64,000 nt of DNA from an uncultured Victivallales bacterium (GTDB lineage Bacteria > Verrucomicrobiota > Lentisphaeria > Victivallales > UBA1829), in the NCBI GenBank assembly GCA_944390795.1, contig CALXRI010000005.1, positions 84,842 to 148,841 of the forward strand. The letters are read 5' to 3'. Every line of letters starts with the position of its first letter. Position 1 is the first letter of the stretch. Positions 46,446-55,178 of the stretch are shown piece after piece. The notes under the pieces are model-generated. The model was not told the origin of the DNA. It worked only from the letters and a program-made list of their open reading frames with translations, and made no database searches. Both the position numbers and the translations under genes were made by a program.

Positions 46446-48983
46446 TTATCGTTTTTTCTTCGGCATCAGCTTCCGGTATTCGGGCAGTCGTCCGAATTCA
46501 CTTTCCAGAGCTTTCCTATCCGCGTTCTTCTGTCTCAGCGCATTGGAGAGATAAGCGGTGAAAATGGAAGACACCAGATTCCGGACCGCATTGCTCTCCT
46601 CATTGGCAACGACATGAGCGACATTGTATTCCTTGATCCAGAGGAAATAGAAGGGAACCGCCGCAGGCTTGTTGATTTTCTCTCCGACCTTCTTCACGAA
46701 ATTCATGAATGGCCGGGAACCGGTGTTCATCTCTTTGACCGGAATGGAAATTTCCTTCCCGCCCGCGGTTTCTCCGGTCAGCACGCCGTTGCGGATGGAT
46801 TTGACTTTGCAGAGATTGTAGCGGATCTCAACGGGAAGACCGACAATCGCCGGACTTCCATTCTCCAGAACGTTTTTGATCTCAAAAGCGCCGCGCATGT
46901 AATTGCGGAGCTGGTTGGACCACCAGACAAAACTGTTCGCCATTTTGCGGATTTCAGCGCTTTTCCCCTTGGTCTGCTGCAGCTCTCCGGCGTTGTTCTC
47001 AAGCAGCTTGAGCATTCCCGCCTCGTCATTTTTTCTTCCGAACTCGATGACTCCGCGCTGCGTGACAGTCTGCATCCAGTTGTATTTGTTTTTGTAGGAG
47101 GCGATTTCCTTCTGCGCCTGCCGGCGTTTTGCCTCCGCGAGACGTTTCGCCTCGGCTGCCTTGCGCTGGCGTTCCGCCTCCTCGGCTTTTCTTTTCCGTT
47201 CCGCTTCCGCGGCTTCCGCAAGAGCACGCTCCTTTTCCTCCACCTTCCGGGTATATTCCTGATGGGCGGATTCGCGTGCGGCAGCAAAACGGGATTCATC
47301 CAGAGGAATGTAAATCTGCATGAGTTCGGCAAGTTTCGCCTTTTCCTCATCCGTCTCCGGAGCGGGATGGCGCGCCAGAAATTCCTCGGCGCCCCGTATG
47401 ATTCCATCGGTGTCGGATGGTTCGGATTTCGCGTGTGCCAGAATCTGCGCGATGTCTTTCAGATAAGGACTCTGCCCGCCTTTCACGGAAAGAGATTCCG
47501 TCACCGAATAATACTGTTTCAGAATCCAGGCGCGGTAACGGAATCCGAAAAAGCCCCCCGCTCCGAGAATCACGATCACAAGCAGCAGAAAAACGGCGTT
47601 GTTTTTCTTCCCCCCTTCGGAGGTTTTTCCTTTCGCACCTTTTTTACCTTTGTTCCTCGCAGCGGCCTTCTTTGCCATTTCCTGCGCTTTCTTCAATTTT
47701 TCAGCAACGTCATCTCCCGCAGGAGCGGATTCCGGCTTGGGCGGCTCGGGCGGCGGCTTCGGTTTTTCCGGCATTTTCAGGGAAACCGGTTTCGGCGGCG
47801 CCTTTGAGGACACCGCATTCGCCGCTTCGCTGAAACTTTTGTTTTCAGCAATCGTCTCCGTCTGAGTGAACTGGGGAGCGCCCTCCTGCTGCGGGGCCGG
47901 CTGGACCGCGGCGTTCTGGGAGCGCAGTTTCAGCTGCGGCATATGAAACTGGACGTTCCGGGACGGATTGCCGTCGGTTCCCCCCTGCAGATTCATATTG
48001 GAATTGATCACCCGCAGCGTTCCGGTTTCCGTGGCGGAAAGCGGATCCTGTCCGCGCCGGACGAGACGAAGATCATCTGCAAGCTCCGCAGCATCCTGAT
48101 AACGGAGCGCGGGATCCTTGGCCATCATCTTCACGACAATGCGCGAGAGGGCTTCCGGAATGTCGGGATTGATTTTGTCCGGCGGGACCAGAGTCCCGAA
48201 CAGATGCTGCTGGGCGATTTCGGAAGCGGTTGATCCCTCATAGGGGAAACGGCCTGTGATAAAATGATAGAAGGTGGCGCCGAGGCTGTAAATGTCGCTC
48301 CGGCTGTCCATGGGCGCGCCGGTCAGATGTTCCGGACTGATGTACTGCGGGGTCCCCATGACCTCGTCATCCTCGCTGTCGTCGATTTCCCCGGCAACCT
48401 TGGCAAGACCGAGATCGGCGAGTTTCGCCCGGCCGTTCGACGTCAGCATGATATTGTCCGGTTTGATGTCGCGGTGGATCAGCTTCTGTTCCTTCCACGC
48501 ATAATCCAGCGCTTCACTGATCTGCTGAATGATGGAAATCGCCTGATCAATCGGAATCACGTGATCGCGTTTCAGCACGTTCTTCATCGTTTCGCCGTCA
48601 ATATACTCCATGGCGAAATAGAAAATGCCCTCGTCCTCGCCGACCGCGTAAGCCTGCACGATATTGGGATGATTCAGCTTTGCCGCGGCGCGCGCCTCCT
48701 TGATGAATCCGACGACGAATTCCGCATTGTTCGCATAGTTTTCAGCCAGAATCTTGAGTCCGGCGGGGCGGTCGAGGGAAATCTGGTGCGCAAGATAGAC
48801 GATTCCCATTCCGCCTCTGCCGATTTCACGCAGAATGATGAAATCGCCGATGACCGCGCCGGAAGCAACTCGCGAGGTCGGAACGGTAACCTGCACGCCG
48901 CAATGGCCGCACTGCACATCCGTTCCCATATCGGCATTGTCAACCGATACGATTCCCCGGCAAAATGGACATTGAAACCGCAT
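46446..48983 (-). CDS. Ser/Thr protein kinase with N-terminal zinc ribbon, one TM and a long coiled-coil/extracytoplasmic C-terminal region
   Basis: CPFC...CGHC ribbon. Kinase motifs GRGGMGIVY, HRDIKPDNIML, DLGLAK, GTPQYISPE. TM AVFLLLVIVILGAGGFFGF. ERKRKAEEAERQRKAAEAKR coiled coil. Confidence 0.88.
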   Translation of the reverse strand: MRFQCPFCRGIVSVDNADMGTDVQCGHCGVQVTVPTSRVASGAVIGDFIILREIGRGGMGIVYLAHQISLDRPAGLKILAENYANNAEFVVGFIKEARAAAKLNHPNIVQAYAVGEDEGIFYFAMEYIDGETMKNVLKRDHVIPIDQAISIIQQISEALDYAWKEQKLIHRDIKPDNIMLTSNGRAKLADLGLAKVAGEIDDSEDDEVMGTPQYISPEHLTGAPMDSRSDIYSLGATFYHFITGRFPYEGSTASEIAQQHLFGTLVPPDKINPDIPEALSRIVVKMMAKDPALRYQDAAELADDLRLVRRGQDPLSATETGTLRVINSNMNLQGGTDGNPSRNVQFHMPQLKLRSQNAAVQPAPQQEGAPQFTQTETIAENKSFSEAANAVSSKAPPKPVSLKMPEKPKPPPEPPKPESAPAGDDVAEKLKKAQEMAKKAAARNKGKKGAKGKTSEGGKKNNAVFLLLVIVILGAGGFFGFRYRAWILKQYYSVTESLSVKGGQSPYLKDIAQILAHAKSEPSDTDGIIRGAEEFLARHPAPETDEEKAKLAELMQIYIPLDESRFAAARESAHQEYTRKVEEKERALAEAAEAERKRKAEEAERQRKAAEAKRLAEAKRRQAQKEIASYKNKYNWMQTVTQRGVIEFGRKNDEAGMLKLLENNAGELQQTKGKSAEIRKMANSFVWWSNQLRNYMRGAFEIKNVLENGSPAIVGLPVEIRYNLCKVKSIRNGVLTGETAGGKEISIPVKEMNTGSRPFMNFVKKVGEKINKPAAVPFYFLWIKEYNVAHVVANEESNAVRNLVSSIFTAYLSNALRQKNADRKALESEFGRLPEYRKLMPKKKR

Positions 48984-49044
48984 TCAGACTCCGTTTTCTC
49001 CCGCAATAGAGCGCCAGTGTTCTGTTTTTCCTCAATTTTATGGA

Positions 49045-49072
49045 AATATATAGTTGTTTCCGGTTATGTCAA
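49045..49072 (-). promoter_or_regulatory. sigma70-type promoter upstream of the kinase gene
   Basis: Minus strand: TTGACA(49072-67)-16 nt-TATATT(49050-45). Confidence 0.45.
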
Positions 49073-49110
49073 CGTCTTTTCCGCTTTTTTCCCGCAAGGA
49101 GTTCCGGTTT

Positions 49111-49863
49111 TTATCTGGAAACCTGGAACACGTCGTCCGGGATCCCGTCCCGGGAAAGACCCGCGGATGTCTCGTCGAAGCGGATTACAGTGTTCCATGC
49201 GCCATCTCCGCCGCTGAGATTCAGGCGGCTGACCAGCCAGAAATCCTTCTCCTTGCGGAAACCGGAAACCTCCAGTGTGCGGAACGGCTTTTTTTCCAGG
49301 CTTCTGCCGTCTGCCGCAACCTTGTACCATGACGCGCGGAGCGGAAAAAAATATTCCGTGCTGATGAAAACCATGACCGCGTCCTTCCCGTTCGGCGCGA
49401 TCAGGGTGAAGACACGGCAATTCTGCCCGCGGACGGAATCCGCCGGGTTCTCCACCTTGAGTTTCCAGTAAATGAAATTCATTGTAAGATCCTCGGGATT
49501 GATTCCGTAAACGCCGATCTGCGCCTTGCCCGGCGCAAAACCGCGGCTCTCCATCGTGGACTGCGGATTTTTTCCATAAGTCTGTCCGATATTGTAAATC
49601 TCGTTCTTATTGAAGATGATCTGAGCGATCGTGCGCTCTGGCGTGAAGAGCGTGCCCATGCGGATCGGGGCGCGGACGGTGCGTGCGCCTTCACGTTTGT
49701 GCATGGCAGAGCCTTCCATTCTCGCCCAGGAGTCGCGCCCCGGCGGATTCCGGACAATGGACAGAAACTGATCCGCGCTCAGTTCTTTTGCGGCGGGTTC
49801 CGCACCGGCAAGAACGGCAGAAAAAAGTGCCGCCAGAACGACGAAACTTGATCGAAACAACAT
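49111..49863 (-). CDS. exported protein, possibly LolA-like/outer-membrane lipoprotein-sorting fold
   Basis: ATG 49863 with AGGAGA RBS. Signal peptide MLFRSSFVVLAALFSAVLAGA. The functional call is weak. Confidence 0.55.
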   Translation of the reverse strand: MLFRSSFVVLAALFSAVLAGAEPAAKELSADQFLSIVRNPPGRDSWARMEGSAMHKREGARTVRAPIRMGTLFTPERTIAQIIFNKNEIYNIGQTYGKNPQSTMESRGFAPGKAQIGVYGINPEDLTMNFIYWKLKVENPADSVRGQNCRVFTLIAPNGKDAVMVFISTEYFFPLRASWYKVAADGRSLEKKPFRTLEVSGFRKEKDFWLVSRLNLSGGDGAWNTVIRFDETSAGLSRDGIPDDVFQVSR

Positions 49864-49921
49864 TTTTCTCTCCTGTATAAAAATCAATCCTTGGAAAAAG
49901 TTCGAGAGCTCCGGGCGATAC

Positions 49922-50082
49922 GGAAGAACGCGTCTGCATTCTTCCCGGGATCAAGGGCCGCTGACCCCGGGCGCGCAACGCGCGAAATCCCCTTTTCGCA
50001 TCCGGCGGCCAGTTTGCGCAGCTGGACCGCGGCAGGACTGAAAGTCCTGCACGATCACAAAATTGCTCCCGCAATTTTTATT
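49922..50082. repeat. structured intergenic repeat, copy B
   Basis: Head-to-tail with copy C (period 170 nt) and near-identical to it over about 130 nt. Confidence 0.9.
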
Positions 50083-50091
50083 AAAGATTAC

Positions 50092-50253
50092 GGAAGAATG
50101 CGCCTGCATTCTTCCCGGGATCAAGGGCCGCTGACCCCGGGCGCGCAACGCGCGAAATCCCCTTTTCGCATCCGGCGGCCAGTTTGCGCAGCTGGACCGC
50201 GGCAGGACTGAAAGTCCTGCACGATCACAATTTGCAGAGCAAATTATTTTTTT
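50092..50253. repeat. structured intergenic repeat, copy C (overlaps the last codons and stop of lon)
   Basis: The conserved core runs 50092-50230. The lon stop codon (50225-50227) lies inside the conserved CACGATCACAA block. Confidence 0.9.
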
Positions 50254-52747
50254 GTTTCTTTCCTTTTTTCGTGACCTTTTTCTTTTCGAGAACAAGATCC
50301 AGCACCTCTTTCACGGTCGACACAAAGTGGAACGTCACCCGGTCCCGCACTTCCTCGGGAATATCGTCCACATCCTTTCGGTTTTCCTCCGGAAGAATGA
50401 TGTTCCGGATGCCGGAACGCATCGCACCGATCGTCTTTTCCTTGACGCCGCCGATCGCAGTCACCTTTCCGCGCAGCGTGATCTCGCCGGTCATCGCGAT
50501 ATCCGGCCGCACGGGCGTGTCCGTGAGAAGCGAGACCAGCGCGGTCGTCAGCGTGACACCGGCGGACGGCCCGTCCTTCGGCGTCGCCCCGTCGGGAACA
50601 TGAATATGAAAATCATGATTCGTGAAGAGCACGGGATCGATTCCGAGCTCTTCGCTCTTTCCCTTCACAAGCGAGAAGGCGGTCAGCGCGCTTTCCTTCA
50701 TCACATCGCCAAGCGAACCGGTCAGTTTCAGATCCCCCTTTCCTGGCATGGAGGCGGCTTCCACCTGAAGGATCGTTCCGCCGACGCTGGTCCACGCCAT
50801 GCCGGTGGCCACACCGACCTCGGGTTTGCGCATCGCCTCGTCCATTGTGAAGCGGCGCACGCCCAGAAGCTCGCGGACAACCTTGTCCGTCACAATGATG
50901 GGTTCGCCCTCGGGACGCTTGCCCTCGACAATCTCTCTTGCGATCTTGCGGCAGACCGCGCCGATGGTCCGTTCGAGCGTCCGGACGCCGGCCTCGCGTG
51001 TATAGTAATTGATGATTTCGTCGACAGCCTCCATCGTAAAGTCCGGATGCTTGTCCGCCAGTCCGTTCTCCTCGATCTGACGCGGAATCAGGAACTGTTT
51101 TGCAATCTGGCGCTTTTCCATGGCTGTGTAGCCTGGCAGACGCACAATTTCCATGCGGTCGAGCAGCGGACCCGGAATGGTGTCCATGATGTTCGCCGTG
51201 GCAATGAACATGACTGAGCTCAGATCATAGTCCACTTCCAGATAGTGGTCGTTGAACGAGTTGTTCTGCTGCGGATCAAGCACTTCGAGAAGCGCCGCCG
51301 CGGGATCGCCCCGGAAATCGTTTCCGAGTTTGTCGAGCTCGTCCAGCATGAACACAGGATTGGAGCTTCCGGCCTTTTTCATTCCCTGAATGATACGGCC
51401 GGGAAGTGCGCCGATGTAGGTCCTGCGATGTCCGCGGATTTCCGCTTCGTCGCGTACGCCGCCGAGCGACATCCGGACGAACTTGCGGCCCATAGCCTCG
51501 GCGATGGACTTGCCGAGAGAGGTTTTTCCCACGCCGGGAGGGCCGACAAAACAGATGATCGGAGCCTTCCGATCCTTTTTGAGCTGAAGAACCGAGAGGA
51601 ATTCCAGGATTCTCTCCTTCACGTCCTTGAGCCCGTAATGATCGCGGTCGAGAATCTTTTCCGCCTCTGCCACGTCCAGACGGTCTTCGGTAAAATCGTT
51701 CCATGGCACCGAGAGAAGCCAGTCAATGTAGGTATAGGCGATATTGTATTCCGCCGCCGCCTGCGGAATCATCTCCAGACGCTCGGTCTCCTTTTTCACA
51801 ATTTCCAGCACATTCCCCGGAAGATTGAGTTTGGAAATCCGCTCATGAATCGCGACGATGTCGGGATTCTTCGAACCTTCGCCAAGCTCTTCCTTGATGG
51901 TCTTGAGCTGTTCGCGCAGGAAGAATTCCCGCTGGGATTTGCTCATGGCGTTGTGAACCTGCGACTGGATTTCGGAACCGAGACGCAGCACCTCCACTTC
52001 GCGGTTGAGCAGAATCGTCAGCAGGTGCAGGCGCTCCTGAAGCGTCGGAAACGTCAGAAGCGCAAGCTTCTCCGGGTAGCTGATGTTGATCGTGTCGGCA
52101 ATCAGGTCGGCGATCCGCACATTGTCGGTCAGGTTGATGATCGCGATTTTAAGTTCCTCCGGAAAGTTCGGGGAAAATGACACGATCTCCTGGAACTGCT
52201 TGACCGCGTTCCGCACCATGGCAACCGTCTCAATGCTGTTGTCGGGCTCCGCGGCAAGGCGCCGCACTTTGGCAAGACGGATGCTGTTCAGGAACACGGG
52301 TTCCGCAAATTCCACGCGGTTGAGTCCGCGCAGGAGCATGCGCACCGTGCCGTCCGGAAATTTCAGGACCTTGACGATACGGCAGAGAACGCCGGTAGAC
52401 GACACCTTTTTCCCGTCCAGCTCAAGCTCGCGGACTTTCAGACCCATGCCCTGAATGTCGGAAGCAGGCGTCTCCGGATCCGGCATCTCCGGAAAGATCG
52501 CGATCAGGCGGTCTTCTCCGGCCAAGGCCTTCTCCACCAGGGAGATCATCCCGGGATTGTCGAGCACAAGCGGCGTCAGGGCGTAAGGGAACACAATCAC
52601 GCCGGGCGGCGAGATCGCCGGAACGATCGCCTCGCTGATCTCCTCGCCTCCATTCCGAACGGAATTCTCCGGATCTTCCGCATGAATCACTTCCGGGGTG
52701 TTGGACTCATTCGTATTTTCATCGAAAATTTTCTTTTCCTCGCTCAT
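50225..52747 (-). CDS. lon: ATP-dependent Lon protease (LonA)
   Basis: Walker A GPPGVGKTS, Walker B FMLDELDK, protease Ser in PKDGPSAGVT. Lys-rich C-terminal tail KKKVTKKGKKQKNNLLCKL. Confidence 0.95.
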   Translation of the reverse strand: MSEEKKIFDENTNESNTPEVIHAEDPENSVRNGGEEISEAIVPAISPPGVIVFPYALTPLVLDNPGMISLVEKALAGEDRLIAIFPEMPDPETPASDIQGMGLKVRELELDGKKVSSTGVLCRIVKVLKFPDGTVRMLLRGLNRVEFAEPVFLNSIRLAKVRRLAAEPDNSIETVAMVRNAVKQFQEIVSFSPNFPEELKIAIINLTDNVRIADLIADTINISYPEKLALLTFPTLQERLHLLTILLNREVEVLRLGSEIQSQVHNAMSKSQREFFLREQLKTIKEELGEGSKNPDIVAIHERISKLNLPGNVLEIVKKETERLEMIPQAAAEYNIAYTYIDWLLSVPWNDFTEDRLDVAEAEKILDRDHYGLKDVKERILEFLSVLQLKKDRKAPIICFVGPPGVGKTSLGKSIAEAMGRKFVRMSLGGVRDEAEIRGHRRTYIGALPGRIIQGMKKAGSSNPVFMLDELDKLGNDFRGDPAAALLEVLDPQQNNSFNDHYLEVDYDLSSVMFIATANIMDTIPGPLLDRMEIVRLPGYTAMEKRQIAKQFLIPRQIEENGLADKHPDFTMEAVDEIINYYTREAGVRTLERTIGAVCRKIAREIVEGKRPEGEPIIVTDKVVRELLGVRRFTMDEAMRKPEVGVATGMAWTSVGGTILQVEAASMPGKGDLKLTGSLGDVMKESALTAFSLVKGKSEELGIDPVLFTNHDFHIHVPDGATPKDGPSAGVTLTTALVSLLTDTPVRPDIAMTGEITLRGKVTAIGGVKEKTIGAMRSGIRNIILPEENRKDVDDIPEEVRDRVTFHFVSTVKEVLDLVLEKKKVTKKGKKQKNNLLCKL

Positions 52748-52835
52748 AAAAAATTCTCCTCGTCATTGATTTCTCCGGGACGGAGTTCCTTCCGGAGAGT
52801 GAGTGAAAGACTGTAATCTCTGTTTGTCCGTTTCG

Positions 52836-52861
52836 CAATCGGGATCCGGTCTTTTTTTCAA
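52836..52861 (-). promoter_or_regulatory. possible heat-shock (sigma32-like) promoter of lon
   Basis: Minus strand: GTTGAAA-12 nt-CCCGATTG, which resembles CTTGAAA-N13-CCCCATnT. Confidence 0.3.
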
Positions 52862-53100
52862 CTTTTTCCTGATTTTTCCTCTCCTTCCTCTTTTTTATCT
52901 TGAAATACTCTTTACAAAATTCCACATCCGATGTATTTTACCGGGATAAACCGGAAATCCGGGGGGAGGTCCCGCGGGTTTCCGCAGCGGCAGGCAGTGA
53001 GACACGGATTCCACGGAAAAAGTTCCCCGCCGCCCCGGAACGCTCTCTTTTTACCGGAAAGACGGAGTGAAAAGGGAAAACATAAACAATCAGGTGCGCC

Positions 53101-54309
53101 ATGAAAAAAACAACTGTTTCCGTAACCGGATGCTCTCTTGCCGACATCCTCTATGCAGACATCGACTTCACTTCGCAGGCCTTTTCCGCCTGCGCATCCC
53201 GGAGGGACGGCGACGGAGGGCTTGCTCCGGGAAAACTCGTTTTCGCCGATGCCCTGGAAACCTTTGCGGGAAAAGACTACGCGCAGTTGAAGCGGGAACT
53301 GACAGGAGGGCGTGCGCCCAATGCGGAAAATCTCGGAGGACCCGCCGTCGTCGGCGCGATCAACGCTTCCCAGATTCTCTCCGGCCTTCCGGTCTCCTTC
53401 CGCTTCTACGGCGCAACCGGAAATGACAGAACCGCAGACTTCGTCCGCTCAATCATCGCACGGACACCGCTGGACGCAACCGCCTATATCACGCTGCCGG
53501 GCCCGACGCCGAGCACGGACGTGCTCTCCGATCCCCGCGCAAACGGAGGCAAAGGCGAACGCACCTTCATCAATACCATCGGCGCATGTTACGCCTATAC
53601 GCCGGAGTGCCTGCCGGACGCCTTCTTCGACGCCGACATTGTCTGGTTCGGCGCAACGGCACTTGTTCCGCCGCTTCACGAGAATCTCTCCGGGCTTCTG
53701 AAGCGTTCGCACGAAGCGGGAAAAATCAATGTCGTATCCACCGTATTCGATTTTCTCAACGAGATGCGGAATCCGGACAGACCGTGGCCGATGGGCGACG
53801 GACCGGATTCCTACCGGTACATCGACCTCCTGATCGTCGACTGGGAGGAGGCCGTGCGCCTGTCCGGAAAAAACGATCTCGAAGGATTCGGCTCCTTCTT
53901 CCGCAACGCGGGAGTCTCCTCCTTTGTCGTCACCCACGGAGCCGGGGATTTCCACATATGGTCCGACGGGCGGCTCTTTGCGGAATCCCCTCTGACCGCC
54001 TATCCGGTCTCGGCGCTGGTCGACGAGGATCTCGCCGCAAATCCCTCCCTGCGGGGGGACACCACGGGCTGCGGCGACAATTTCGCCGGCGGATTCGTCG
54101 CCTCCCTGGTCGGACAGTATGCGCAGGGCGCGGCAAAAGGCTCCTTTGACATCGCCGACGCGGCGGCATGGGCGGCGGCCTCCGGCGGATTCGCCTGTTT
54201 CTGCCTCGGCGGAACTTACCTGGAAAAAACGGAAGGCGAAAAACGCGGAAAGCTCCGCAAATATCATGACGCCTATCTCCGCCAGATCGGAAAAGAGAAG
54301 AAGCTGTGA
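53101..54309 (+). CDS. PfkB-family carbohydrate/nucleoside kinase
   Basis: C-terminal motif DTTGCGDNFAGGF, N-terminal GGPA motif NLGGPAVVGA. Confidence 0.8.
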   Translation: MKKTTVSVTGCSLADILYADIDFTSQAFSACASRRDGDGGLAPGKLVFADALETFAGKDYAQLKRELTGGRAPNAENLGGPAVVGAINASQILSGLPVSFRFYGATGNDRTADFVRSIIARTPLDATAYITLPGPTPSTDVLSDPRANGGKGERTFINTIGACYAYTPECLPDAFFDADIVWFGATALVPPLHENLSGLLKRSHEAGKINVVSTVFDFLNEMRNPDRPWPMGDGPDSYRYIDLLIVDWEEAVRLSGKNDLEGFGSFFRNAGVSSFVVTHGAGDFHIWSDGRLFAESPLTAYPVSALVDEDLAANPSLRGDTTGCGDNFAGGFVASLVGQYAQGAAKGSFDIADAAAWAAASGGFACFCLGGTYLEKTEGEKRGKLRKYHDAYLRQIGKEKKL

Positions 54310-54394
54310 ATCGCATCGACTGTCTCCCGCAGAGAAAATCGCCGGGAGCGGATGATAAATCCGGGAAGACCGCCCGGCGCAGGGCGGAGAGGTT

Positions 54395-54748
54395 TTACTG
54401 CCGGTTCCGTTCGATTTCCAGCGCAATGGAACCGGCGCGCAGCGCGGCTCCGGGTTTGTCGACTGTGATTCTGACCGAAATCACCTGGGGAAAGGAAAGA
54501 CACAGCGCGGCAAGCGCTTCCGCGAGAGCTTCGAGCAGATGGAAGGATGAGTTCTCCACAAAGTCGATCACCTTCTCTTCCACCTCCCGGTAGTTGACCG
54601 AATGCTCCAGGGCATCGGTCCTTCCCGCGCGCGAGAAATCCCCGCGAAGCTCCAGATTGAAAATCAGCGCCTGTTTCGCGGCGCGTTCCCGTTCATAAAC
54701 CCCGATGACGGTCCGAAGTTCGAGATTGCGAATGAAAATCCTGTCCAT
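54395..54748 (-). CDS. folB: dihydroneopterin aldolase
   Basis: MDRIFIRNLELRTVIGVYERERAAKQALIFNLEL...VNYREV. 117 aa. Confidence 0.85.
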   Translation of the reverse strand: MDRIFIRNLELRTVIGVYERERAAKQALIFNLELRGDFSRAGRTDALEHSVNYREVEEKVIDFVENSSFHLLEALAEALAALCLSFPQVISVRITVDKPGAALRAGSIALEIERNRQ

Positions 54749-54764
54749 GAAGCACTCCTTTTCC

Positions 54765-55178
54765 TCAGGCTGAAAAACGCGACAGCAGACTGTCCAGCTG
54801 TTCCATCCGGATCGTATGGTTCAGGATTGCGTCCGCATGAATCCACTCCCGTGCACCGGACACGGAAAGATTGAACTGCAAGCCGGATTTCGCCGCGACA
54901 TCGGAAAGAATCACCGCATGAGCGGCCGGACAGACCCGGCGGAAACGGCGGCAGATGATGAAGCCGCTGTCGGCAAACTCCAGAATCAAAGCGGTGATCA
55001 GGAGGTCGAACGGACGTTCCGCAATCCATTTTTCCGCCTCCGACTGGGAAGCGGCGCAAACCGTTTCATAACCGCAGGCATCCAGATGACGGCGGATTTC
55101 CTCCCGTCGGCCGACATTGCCGTCAACCAGCAGAATTGAATGCAGTTTCAAAGCTTTCATCAGACTCCTCCCGTTCAA
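54765..55178 (-). CDS. stand-alone receiver-like domain lacking the phospho-acceptor Asp (pseudo-receiver)
   Basis: By-eye alignment to CheY: LLVDGN (D13 replaced by G), FDLLITALIL (D57 position is Ala), VILSD (T87 position is Ser), WIHAD (K109 position is Ala). ATGA overlap with the hydA stop. Confidence 0.6.
   Translation of the reverse strand: MNGRSLMKALKLHSILLVDGNVGRREEIRRHLDACGYETVCAASQSEAEKWIAERPFDLLITALILEFADSGFIICRRFRRVCPAAHAVILSDVAAKSGLQFNLSVSGAREWIHADAILNHTIRMEQLDSLLSRFSA

Noticed and set aside
49919-50260. Tandem repeat considered as a CRISPR array
   Set aside because: There are only two units with a 170-nt period, no short unique spacers and no cas genes. The internal structure is multi-hairpin, unlike CRISPR repeats.
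54370-54399. CCGCCC-GGCGCA-GGGCGG hairpin between the convergent PfkB kinase gene and folB
   Set aside because: The stem is short and the T-run (GGTTTT) is displaced by 5 nt on the plus strand and poor on the minus strand. Too weak to call.
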